56,909 bases of DNA, taken from NCBI GenBank assembly GCA_964478335.1, contig CAYZIC010000004.1, positions 1-56,909 on the forward strand. The letters are read 5' to 3'. The notes beneath the pieces are model-generated. The model worked only from the letters and a program-made list of their open reading frames with translations, made no database searches and was not told where the DNA came from. Made by a program: the position numbers and the translations under genes. Positions 41,003-49,242 of the stretch are shown here, in pieces. The DNA is from an uncultured Lentisphaeraceae bacterium (GTDB lineage: Bacteria; Verrucomicrobiota; Kiritimatiellia; RFP12; DVOR01). How positions within the stretch are numbered: the first letter of the stretch is position 1; each line of letters starts with the position of its first letter.

Positions 41003-42341
41003 GGTCATCCCCCTCGTGGAAAACGCCATCAGCGTGGAAGTGCCCGGCAACGGGTTTGGTGCCCGATTGGCTAGCAAAGGCCTGACTGATTGCATAGGCT
41101 CCACGAATCACAATCTGCGCATCGTGGTGAATCGCACCGTGGATAGTGCTCCAGCCTTGACTCGAATTAAAGACCTCAACAGGCACTTTGGCAAAGGTTT
41201 CAGCAGCGACTTTGACAAAGACCACCTGCTCGATCCCATCATCGACCAGAGCAGAAGAGGGCACCTGGAGATGATCATGGTCGTGGTCGGCCTTGATACT
41301 GAGCGTAGCGATTGCAGGCATTCCGACATACGGCGTATGATCGGGCGTCGATGATGAGACAGGGATGTAGGCGTAGACAGCGTCATTAGTTGGAGTAGGC
41401 AATCCCATACGAATCGCAGACGGCTCGGTCAAGACGCAGCCGTCTGTATCGACAATGTAGCCAGAGATGGGGCCCTTGGGTAATTGCGAGAGGGCGTGCT
41501 TTTTGGCAATGCGCGCTTGGAACTCAATGGCCTGCGTATCGACCACCTGAGCAATCTCAGAGCCAATCGCCATGAAGGCCCCCTGAGCCAAGACGGGGCA
41601 ATTGACCACGCCAGCGTGTTTGCTACGCAAGAGAATACGCCCCTCTGCGGTTAATTCGACTTGAGGCAAAGCCGCCTGCAAGATCACAGCCTCGCGAGTC
41701 AATGCAGCATCAACGACTTGGTTGCGTTTAAGCACTTCAAGGCGGCTCTGCAAGGTCTCGAGGGTGGTCTTTTGTGTGCGGTAACTGATCGAATCGACCT
41801 CAGCAATCACCTCGCCCTGTTTAACTGCCTGACCATGCTCCACGTGGCGATAAACAAAGCCATCAATCGGCAAGGCAATCGCCTCAACGGCATTGGCCTT
41901 GAGGATAAATTCACCCGGCACGCGCAGCTGATTCACCGCATTACCCGGCCGAACAGCCCCCGTCTTAATTCCCAAAAAGGTTTGCGATACAGCAGGGATC
42001 GTCATGCGAGCGTGTTCGGGCTCATCGTCATGGTCATGAGTTGCCGCTTGCTTTGCCATTTGGCTGGGGCATTGCCCAGGCGCATGATCGTGCTCAGCGT
42101 GGGCGTGCTCAGCGTGGGCGTGCTTAGCGTGGGCGTGCTCAGCGTGGGCGTGCTCAGCGTGGGCGTGCTCAGCGTGCGGGTGCTCAGCGTGGGCGTGCTC
42201 AGCGTGGGCGTGCTCAGCGTGCGGGTCGAGTGTTTGTTGCTTGTTGCCTGGAGACTGCTGCGGGCGAGCTTGCGAGCCTGTGGTGAAAACAAGGGTCAAT
42301 AGACCCACGAGGGTAAGACTTAAAGTATGGGAAAGTATCAT
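40995..42341 (-). CDS. RND membrane fusion protein with a His-rich repeat
   Basis: (A/P)HAEH x9, VPSSALV, C-terminal GHFHADGVFHEGDDHE; lies between the OMF and RND genes. Confidence 0.85.
   Translation of the reverse strand: MILSHTLSLTLVGLLTLVFTTGSQARPQQSPGNKQQTLDPHAEHAHAEHAHAEHPHAEHAHAEHAHAEHAHAKHAHAEHAHAEHDHAPGQCPSQMAKQAATHDHDDEPEHARMTIPAVSQTFLGIKTGAVRPGNAVNQLRVPGEFILKANAVEAIALPIDGFVYRHVEHGQAVKQGEVIAEVDSISYRTQKTTLETLQSRLEVLKRNQVVDAALTREAVILQAALPQVELTAEGRILLRSKHAGVVNCPVLAQGAFMAIGSEIAQVVDTQAIEFQARIAKKHALSQLPKGPISGYIVDTDGCVLTEPSAIRMGLPTPTNDAVYAYIPVSSSTPDHTPYVGMPAIATLSIKADHDHDHLQVPSSALVDDGIEQVVFVKVAAETFAKVPVEVFNSSQGWSTIHGAIHHDAQIVIRGAYAISQAFASQSGTKPVAGHFHADGVFHEGDDHE
42090..42224 (-). repeat. 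15-bp coding VNTR x9
   Basis: Near-identical GCCCACGCTGAGCAC units. Confidence 0.95.
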
Positions 42342-43780
42342 TATTCAGCTCCTTGAATAGAAAGGTTTGTTTGTTGCTTGCTGCTTGTTGCCTGTTGCGG
42401 GCGAGCTTGCGAGCCCATGGGTGCCGCTGGTGCGGTGCTTTGGGTAAAGTAATTATAAGCCAAAATGGCTTGGTCGAGGCTAGACTGTTGCGTCAGGCTA
42501 GTCAATGAGGCGGAGTCAACTGCACGCTCTGCGTCGACAAGTGCCGTGTAGGGACGTTCGCCATGGTTTACCAAGTCTCGAGTCTGCTCGAGGGTGCGTT
42601 GCGCAAGAGCCTCTGCTTGACTAGCTTGCTTGAGTTGGATGTGCCCTTGGTCTACGGCGAGTTTAGCTTGGTCAAAAGCCACCACAAATGCGTGGTAATT
42701 GCGCACCGCTTGATCTGCAACGGCCGCCCGCTGAGCGGTTTGTTGAGCGATGGCTTGACGGTTGCGATTCCAGAGAGGAATGTTGATCCCCGCCCCAAAA
42801 CCAACACGGTTATTGCCCTCCTCACGACCAATTGCAGGCCCCAAGGTTAAGGTGGGATATTGCTGACGAATCGCCTGCTCGAGCGCAATCTCAGCCTGAG
42901 CATAGCGGGCCCACTCGACCACAATCTGAGGATGGGCAATTCCCGCAAAGGGTTGCGTAGATTGCGCTGTCAAGAGGGGACGTTCACGCAGAAGAATTTG
43001 GGAGTTTGGATTGGGAGGAGGCTGCGCCGCTGGATCGAGTCTAGAGCTCGAGTGTTTGTTGCCTGTTGCTTGATGCTTGTTGCTTGATGCGTGAGCGTAG
43101 CGAGCTGCTAGCGCCAGGTCTGCCTGTTTGACACGGAGTCTTTGGGCAATTTGAGCCTGAGCATCCAGCACAGCACGTGCCGCCTCACGCTGCGCCAAGG
43201 CCAACTCAGCCGCAATTGATTGATAGGCGCGCAATTGATCCACGCTTCCCTCGCCCACATCGCACAGTTGACGATAGCGTTGCACGTGGCTGAGCATGCG
43301 GTGATGCTGATTGGCGAGCAGCTCATCCCTCGCTTGAGCATGATTCAGGGTGGAGAGTGCTTGATCTACCGCAAGCAGCGTCTCGAGCGCTTGTGCACGG
43401 TAACGCGCCTCAAGCGTGCGAATCGCGCGCCGTGCCGCCTCGACCTCTGTCGCAGGCAGTCCATTGAGCGGCAATTCAAAGCCCAACCCTACCCCACCGA
43501 GAAATCGACCAGAGGTCTGGTTGCGCAATAAATCCAAGGACAAGCTTGGATCGGCCCAATAGCCAGTGGCAGATTCGATGGCACGCGAACTTTTGAGCTC
43601 GCAGAGGAGTTGATTGAGGCCATCATCGCGAATGAGTACGGCACGACGCACACTTGCGTCATCGCGTAAAGGTGCCGAGAGTGGCTGCGGTGATGTCATG
43701 ACCAAGGGCTTTTCTTGGTAAACAGTACACCCCAAAAAGGCGCCTACTAGCAGTAGGCAAAATAGATTGATAATAGTCAT
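42341..43780 (-). CDS. TolC-family outer membrane factor (probable lipoprotein)
   Basis: FLGC lipobox-like motif, DPSLSL, YPTLTLG, INIPLWNRNRQAI. Confidence 0.85.
   Translation of the reverse strand: MTIINLFCLLLVGAFLGCTVYQEKPLVMTSPQPLSAPLRDDASVRRAVLIRDDGLNQLLCELKSSRAIESATGYWADPSLSLDLLRNQTSGRFLGGVGLGFELPLNGLPATEVEAARRAIRTLEARYRAQALETLLAVDQALSTLNHAQARDELLANQHHRMLSHVQRYRQLCDVGEGSVDQLRAYQSIAAELALAQREAARAVLDAQAQIAQRLRVKQADLALAARYAHASSNKHQATGNKHSSSRLDPAAQPPPNPNSQILLRERPLLTAQSTQPFAGIAHPQIVVEWARYAQAEIALEQAIRQQYPTLTLGPAIGREEGNNRVGFGAGINIPLWNRNRQAIAQQTAQRAAVADQAVRNYHAFVVAFDQAKLAVDQGHIQLKQASQAEALAQRTLEQTRDLVNHGERPYTALVDAERAVDSASLTSLTQQSSLDQAILAYNYFTQSTAPAAPMGSQARPQQATSSKQQTNLSIQGAE
43007..43113 (-). 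repeat. Composite repeat copy inside the TolC coding frame
   Basis: gctagcagctcgctacgctcacgcatcaagcaacaa is identical to the copy after pilT. Confidence 0.85.
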
Positions 43781-43792
43781 AGTATCCTAGTA

Positions 43793-43827
43793 AACAGTGA
43801 ACAGTGAACAGTGAACAGTGAACAGGA
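43793..43827. repeat. Heptamer array (AACAGTG)x4-5
   Basis: Directly upstream of the TolC RBS. Confidence 0.9.
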
Positions 43828-43892
43828 GTCATCGAAGGGCCGCTAATGGCCACGAATGGCTCGCTAACGCTCGCGGAACTGCCAGATTGATT

Positions 43893-43924
43893 GTCTCACT
43901 GTGCTCAATTGAGCACAGTGAGAC
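43893..43924. promoter_or_regulatory. Perfect 32-bp palindrome
   Basis: gtctcactgtgctcaa|ttgagcacagtgagac. Confidence 0.6.
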
Positions 43925-43953
43925 TCGGCTTGCGATAACAAAGGACCGTTGAC

Positions 43954-44292
43954 TCAGGATAGATAGGCGATTTGATTGGGGTAACGTGGTTTGCGATCGG
44001 CGTCATAGAGGAGCAGTTTCCAAGGGGTGAGGCGCGCGACGTTCACCCATGCAAAGGGCTCGATGATCCGAGAGAAGGCTGCTTTAGGAGGCGATTTACC
44101 CAAGGGCACGCTGACCTTGCCGACGGCGCCAGTCGGCAGTAAATCCACTGCCGCTTGCACATGATGCGGACAACTTGATTGCTGATGATTGGCGTGGTCA
44201 TGATGCCCATGATGACCATGACAAACCATCGCTGGATTCACAAAGACCAGCGAGGTAATGAGGATCAAAATGGACATTATTCGGTGAAACAT
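43954..44292 (-). CDS. Small exported His/Cys-rich protein
   Basis: Hydrophobic N-terminus, then CHGHHGHHDHANH..CPHH; first gene of the efflux operon. Confidence 0.6.
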   Translation of the reverse strand: MFHRIMSILILITSLVFVNPAMVCHGHHGHHDHANHQQSSCPHHVQAAVDLLPTGAVGKVSVPLGKSPPKAAFSRIIEPFAWVNVARLTPWKLLLYDADRKPRYPNQIAYLS

Positions 44293-44299
44293 GGGGTGT

Positions 44300-44328
44300 A
44301 CTCTATCAAAAACTACTCATTAATGCAA
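44300..44328 (-). promoter_or_regulatory. Promoter of the efflux operon (probably leaderless)
   Basis: TTGCAT-17 bp-TAGAGT, 7 nt before ATG 44292. Confidence 0.6.
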
Positions 44329-44346
44329 CTATTTTTTAAGGAAACT

Positions 44347-44477
44347 GGAACGGCCTGCTTTTGGAACGGCCTGCGGCCTTTTAGGGGTTGGGGGAGGAGG
44401 CTACGCCTCCTAGTTCCAGTTCCAGTTTCCAGTTCCAGTGTTTGTTGCTTGATGCGTGAGCGTAGCGAGCTGCTAGC
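44347..44477. repeat. Composite repeat copy (after pilT)
   Basis: ggcc-tgc-ggcc, aggaggc-tac-gcctcct, agttcc repeats, tgtttgttgcttgatgcgtgagcgtagcga. Confidence 0.9.
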
Positions 44478-45456
44478 GGCAGGCGCCCAGCGCCTGCTCC
44501 ATGGTGACCATGCCTGCGTCTCGGGCGGTTTGCATGATTGAGGGGATTTGGTGAAGGCGATTCTCTCGAATGAGTGCCTGCACTGCTGGGGTGGAGACGA
44601 GGATCTCAGCGACGAGTTGGCGGCCTTTGGTGGGGTGTGGGATGAGCTGCTGACAAATGACATGCTTGAGTGAACCCGCCAGCTGAGTGCGGATTTGGTC
44701 TTGCTCTGCGGCGGGAAAGGAGCTGATAATGCGGGTCATGGTATGAACCGCAGTGGAGGTGTGGAGCGTACCAAAGGTCAAGTGGCCTGTCTCGGCAATG
44801 GTGAGAGCCGCTCGAATGGTCTCTGGGTCACGCATTTCACCAATGAGGACATAGTCGGGGTCTTCACGCAAGATGCGACGGAGGGCTTCATTAAAGGATG
44901 CCGTGTCGGCACCGATTTCGCGCTGGGTGACGAAGCAGCGTTTGGTGCTGTGCTTGTATTCCACAGGGTCCTCAATGGTGACGATGTGGCCGGTGCGGGT
45001 GGTATTGATCTGGTTAATAAAGGATGCCAAGGTGGTCGATTTACCCGACCCCGTAGCACCCGTGACAAGCACGAGCCCCTGCTTGAGGGCGCAAATGTCT
45101 TGGCACACTTGCTTGGGGAGGCCTAGCCCCTCGAGCGGATAAAAGTCTTGGGGCAAAAGACGCAGCGCCAGACCCGTTAAGCCCATTTGACGATGGACAT
45201 TGATACGGATACGCCGGCCATTGGGGAGGGTTGTGGCGCAGTCAAGCTCATTGGTCGCCATAAATGCCTGGTAATCAGTGGCATCGACCAGGAGGCGAGT
45301 CAAGGTGACGACGTCGTCTTCTGTCATTGGGTCGATGTCTGGCATGGGGCGCAGATCACCGTGGATACGCCAAAAGGGTGGATTGGGGGGCGTGATATGC
45401 AAGTCTGAGGATTCTTGCTGCACCCACGTGTCAAGGAGTTGCTGAGGATTAATCAT
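44473..45456 (-). CDS. pilT: Type IV pilus retraction ATPase PilT
   Basis: SSDLH, GATGSGKSTT, TIEDPVE, LREDPD..LIGEMRD, AETGHL..TLHT, AVQALIRE (AIRNLIRE-like). Confidence 0.92.
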   Translation of the reverse strand: MINPQQLLDTWVQQESSDLHITPPNPPFWRIHGDLRPMPDIDPMTEDDVVTLTRLLVDATDYQAFMATNELDCATTLPNGRRIRINVHRQMGLTGLALRLLPQDFYPLEGLGLPKQVCQDICALKQGLVLVTGATGSGKSTTLASFINQINTTRTGHIVTIEDPVEYKHSTKRCFVTQREIGADTASFNEALRRILREDPDYVLIGEMRDPETIRAALTIAETGHLTFGTLHTSTAVHTMTRIISSFPAAEQDQIRTQLAGSLKHVICQQLIPHPTKGRQLVAEILVSTPAVQALIRENRLHQIPSIMQTARDAGMVTMEQALGACR

Positions 45457-45471
45457 AGGGAGTCGCCTAGA

Positions 45472-45598
45472 ATGTAGAATGTGGCATGTGGAGCGGCTGC
45501 GCCGCTGGCTCGAGTGCTTGGTGCTTGGTGTGGAGCGGCGTAGCCGCTCCTGTCAACTGTCAACTGTCAACTGTCAACTGTCAACTGTTTACTGTTTA
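45472..45598. repeat. Hairpins plus (CTGTCAA)x5(CTGTTTA)x2 heptamer array
   Basis: agcggc-tgc-gccgct; ggagcggc-gta-gccgctcc; the secretin stop codon lies within the array. Confidence 0.9.
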
Positions 45599-47310
45599 CT
45601 AGGAGCCGCAGGCTCCTTGATGATGCAGCCGAGGGCTTTGGGGTCTTCGGAGAGGAGTGCGGAGACGTTGAGGGAAGTGCGTGTGAGCGCTTTGAGCGAG
45701 GCATCGGCCGCTTGACCTGGCACAGCAATCACGTGAGGTCGGATGAGCACGATGAGCTCTTCGCGTTTCTTATTGGTTGACTTGATCTTAAAGAGTCTAC
45801 CGAGGTAAGGGATGTCCTTAATGACGGGGATGCCATACTCGGAGTCGACATCGGATTCTTTAATCATGCCGCCGAGATAAAGCAGGGCTTTGTCGTCAGC
45901 GACGAGTGTCGAGGAGACGAGCTGTTGGTCGATGTCGTTGGTGACCAGGAGGGTTTCGCCTTGATACTCGATGGTGTTGTCCTTGAGGGATTTTTCTGAA
46001 CGCTCCTGCATGATGCGGAGTGTGACGCTGGAGTCAGCGTGCACGCGCGGCATGATGAGGAGGGAAACGCCGATATTGCGCGTTTCGAGCTTGATGGTGG
46101 GATCGGTTTTGCTGATAGTACCGCCATCGGTGATGGTCTCTTTGCCAGGGATAATCTCGTCTACCATTTTACTGGAGGAGCCGACAAAGACGTTGGCGGC
46201 CTCATTGTCTGCGACGAGTAAAGTAGGCGTGGAGAGCTCTTTGACATTCTCGTCCTTGGCCAGGAGCTTGAGGCGCGCCTGAAAGCGATCCGAGACGTAG
46301 CCAAAGGTCGGTGTGCCAGTCGTATAAGCGGTGGGGGCTTTGGTAATCGACTGAATGAGCGAATCGGCAAAGCCGCCTGAGAGCTGCTTGGTTTCGCCAA
46401 AGAGCCACTCTACGCCAGACTCTTTGAGATTAGAGATGTCGACCGCGAGGATGGAAACTTGGAGGAGGACCTGACCTCGGGGCTTGTCAATTGCCTGAAC
46501 AGCAGCTTTGACCGCAGCCACAGCATCTTTGTCTGCCGAACGAATCAAGATTGTATTGACCTCTGGCATGGTCGAGATGTAGACGAGCGAGGTCGTTTTG
46601 GAGGCTTCACCAGTTTCTGACGCACGCAAAATTGCTTGAGAGGAGGCCTCTTGGGATTCGTTAAGGCTGCTGATCTGTTCGCTCGTTGTATCAGTGACCG
46701 ATTCTCTATTAGAGGAAGAGGATGATGATGACGATGAGGATGAGGTGTTGGAGAGCATGTCAAATTGGCTGCGCTGGGTGATCAAGTCCAAGCGGCTAAT
46801 CGCACGGTCGAGGGTTTCTCGGGTGTCGAGGCGATCCTCTTCGGGGCGTTCCCACACGATACGATCGCGAAAGAGGCCCTTGATGGTATCGGCGACATCC
46901 AAAACCGATGGATACTTGACGGTGACCGACTCAATGGCATCTGATGAGTAGACCGATTGTGCCGCAACGTGTTGCTTAAGGGTGGAGATAAGCATGACGC
47001 CCCCAGGTGTGCGGTTGATCCACAGCCCATGGGCTCGGCACATGGCCTCGAGCGTTTCCTCAAAGGGCGTATTGCGAAAGTTCACCGAGATAAGGGTTTC
47101 GCCAGCCTCTTTGGTGCAGACGATGGGGTAATGGCTGGCGGTGCTAATGAGCTTGACGGCCTCTTTGAGCGGGGCATCATTGAGCATCACGGAGGCAACG
47201 ATGGCAGAGGCATCAGTCTTGACGGTGGGCTGTTGACTCGTAGTAGGCGATGTGGTGGCGTGCAAAGAGAGGGCGCAGCAGAGGGAGGCAAGTAGGAGGG
47301 AATTTTTCAT
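45589..47310 (-). CDS. Secretin (GspD/PilQ family)
   Basis: Signal peptide, Ser tract, IDKPRGQVLLQV, STPTLLVADNEAA, IPVIKDIPYLGRLFK, ELIVLIRPHVI. Confidence 0.9.
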   Translation of the reverse strand: MKNSLLLASLCCALSLHATTSPTTSQQPTVKTDASAIVASVMLNDAPLKEAVKLISTASHYPIVCTKEAGETLISVNFRNTPFEETLEAMCRAHGLWINRTPGGVMLISTLKQHVAAQSVYSSDAIESVTVKYPSVLDVADTIKGLFRDRIVWERPEEDRLDTRETLDRAISRLDLITQRSQFDMLSNTSSSSSSSSSSSNRESVTDTTSEQISSLNESQEASSQAILRASETGEASKTTSLVYISTMPEVNTILIRSADKDAVAAVKAAVQAIDKPRGQVLLQVSILAVDISNLKESGVEWLFGETKQLSGGFADSLIQSITKAPTAYTTGTPTFGYVSDRFQARLKLLAKDENVKELSTPTLLVADNEAANVFVGSSSKMVDEIIPGKETITDGGTISKTDPTIKLETRNIGVSLLIMPRVHADSSVTLRIMQERSEKSLKDNTIEYQGETLLVTNDIDQQLVSSTLVADDKALLYLGGMIKESDVDSEYGIPVIKDIPYLGRLFKIKSTNKKREELIVLIRPHVIAVPGQAADASLKALTRTSLNVSALLSEDPKALGCIIKEPAAPSKQ

Positions 47311-47339
47311 AGGGGGGGGACTTTCTCTATCAATCAATC

Positions 47340-47813
47340 TTATCGAATGGTCATGACTTCTTGAGGGCGCAGTTGCGGTGCCACCATCACGGCATCATCT
47401 AGGATGTCGGTCACGGTGAAGTAAACATTTTGGAGCTGTTTGGTGGACGTGCGCACCGAGGGCTCTTTTTGCTTGGTGACGAGAATCACGTCTTGCTTTT
47501 TGACAATCTGAGCAGGAGCCTTGGGAGAAGCTTGGATCATGGCGAATGGTGCTTGGCCTTGGAGCTTAAAGACTCCGAGCACTTTGATCGACTGGGAGTG
47601 ACGCGTCAAGTCCATGGCTTGGGTATGGTTGCCCGTGACGCTACTACCTGAGAGTTTAAAGGGGTCTTGCCCCTCTTTGAGCAACGCGGCAATCTCAGCG
47701 TGGATGGCGTTTGCGTCGTGAGTGTGGTCGTGCGCGGGTGCCTTTTGAGGGGCTGCGGCCCAGGTCGTGAGCGTCAAGGTGGCGCAAGCACAGGCGAGGA
47801 GGGGTTTCATCAT
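47340..47813 (-). CDS. PilP/GspC-position periplasmic protein with AHDHTHD motif
   Basis: Signal peptide, DPF motif, beta-rich C-terminus; lies directly before the secretin. Confidence 0.55.
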   Translation of the reverse strand: MMKPLLACACATLTLTTWAAAPQKAPAHDHTHDANAIHAEIAALLKEGQDPFKLSGSSVTGNHTQAMDLTRHSQSIKVLGVFKLQGQAPFAMIQASPKAPAQIVKKQDVILVTKQKEPSVRTSTKQLQNVYFTVTDILDDAVMVAPQLRPQEVMTIR

Positions 47814-47850
47814 TTGGGGGATCCTTTCTATAGATGTAAAGTCATGGGGC

Positions 47851-49095
47851 TTAACCACCACGTTTGGAGAGGGCCATCAAGCCCATAAAGAAGCCAATGT
47901 AAATAAAGGCAATCATGCCGCCGAGAACGAGAAACATCACCGGTTCGATCATTCTGGAGAGTAGCGTCAATCGCCGTTTGAGGGCCTCTTGGTAAAAGCC
48001 CGCCACATAAAAGAGGTTCTCGTCGATCGTACCTGTATTCTCTCCGATACGGATCATCGATTCGGCCAGTGGGCAGACTTTGGAGAGGGCGGTCACCTTG
48101 ACGCCGATGGAGAGCGGTTGCCCCTGTTTAACCAAGTCTGAGATCCATTCGAATTGCTTACGAAAGTATCGGTTGGCTACGGTGGACTGGCAGAGGTCGA
48201 GCGCTTGCACAATCTGAATGCCACTATGCATCAGCATCCCAAGGGTATTGGTCCACATCGCATTATTCGCTGCCTCAACCATCCCTCCCAACATCGGTAT
48301 GCGCAACTTGATGCGATCGACGTGATAGGCGATGATGGGATTTTTGCAGAGGGTGTGCATCACACCCCACAGCACAAAGGGTGCTGCCGCCAAATAGAGC
48401 CCGTAATCTTGCAAGAAGTGCACCGTATTGACCATCGCCTCTGTAATCGGGGGCAAGGCCACATTGCGCGCGGTCAAGAATTTCATAATCTTGGGAATCA
48501 CAAAGTGCATCATAAACCACAAAACCCCGCTCGCCACCAAGATCACAAAGATCGGGTAAAACATCGCCTGCATCATGTCACCCTTGACCGCACGGCGCTG
48601 CTTCATCAATTCGGCGGAGTAGGTAAACATTTGGTCTAGCGAACCATTCTCTTCGCCGACGTGGATCAAGTTGAGCGTCACCGGATCAATAAATGTCATC
48701 TCCTGCGCCATCACCTTGTAGAGCGATTCGCCCGCACTGATGCGCACAATCACTTGCCCCCAAGCAAAACGAAGATTGGGCGGTGACAATCGCGCCGCCA
48801 ACTGCACAGCCTTTACAATCTGCACGCCAGCTTTAAGCAATGAGCCAATTTGCCCGAAGGACTGCTCGATAGCAAGGCGTGAGATGCCCACCGTGCGCAA
48901 GGTGCGGCGTAGGGGTGATTCTGTCACATAAGTATGGGCAAAATCATCGGTCAGCGTATCGCAGACTTGACAATGGGGATTGACATAGTGCGCCAATCGC
49001 AACTGCTGCATCGCAGAGGCTTGATTCTCTCCTGTGATGTACCCCTCAATGGGGGCACCTTTTAAGGTCGCTCGATAGTGATAAATGTGTGCCAT
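47851..49095 (-). CDS. Platform protein PilC/GspF
   Basis: LLKAGV, VGEENGSL, AMFYP, IGENTG, IEPV. Confidence 0.92.
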   Translation of the reverse strand: MAHIYHYRATLKGAPIEGYITGENQASAMQQLRLAHYVNPHCQVCDTLTDDFAHTYVTESPLRRTLRTVGISRLAIEQSFGQIGSLLKAGVQIVKAVQLAARLSPPNLRFAWGQVIVRISAGESLYKVMAQEMTFIDPVTLNLIHVGEENGSLDQMFTYSAELMKQRRAVKGDMMQAMFYPIFVILVASGVLWFMMHFVIPKIMKFLTARNVALPPITEAMVNTVHFLQDYGLYLAAAPFVLWGVMHTLCKNPIIAYHVDRIKLRIPMLGGMVEAANNAMWTNTLGMLMHSGIQIVQALDLCQSTVANRYFRKQFEWISDLVKQGQPLSIGVKVTALSKVCPLAESMIRIGENTGTIDENLFYVAGFYQEALKRRLTLLSRMIEPVMFLVLGGMIAFIYIGFFMGLMALSKRGG

Positions 49096-49101
49096 AGCGG
49101 T

Positions 49102-49242
49102 CTAGGGAGTTTGGGGGTGGGGGTGGAGGCTACGCCTCCTAGTTCCAGTTCCAGTTTCGAGTTCAAGTGTTTGTTGCTTGGGGCTTGGTGCGTGAGCGTG
49201 AGCGTAGCGAACTGCTTGTTGCGTGAGCGTAGCAAACAGCTA
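49102..49242. repeat. Composite repeat copy (between pilB and pilC)
   Basis: ggaggctacgcctcctagttccagttccagtttcgagtt...gcgtgagcgtagcga. Confidence 0.9.

Noticed and set aside
44313-44663. ORFs at 44313-44663 and 49062-49247 containing ELETGTGTRRRSLL or LELELGG peptides
   Set aside because: They are translations of the intergenic repeat overlapping pilT or pilB/pilC, not independent genes.
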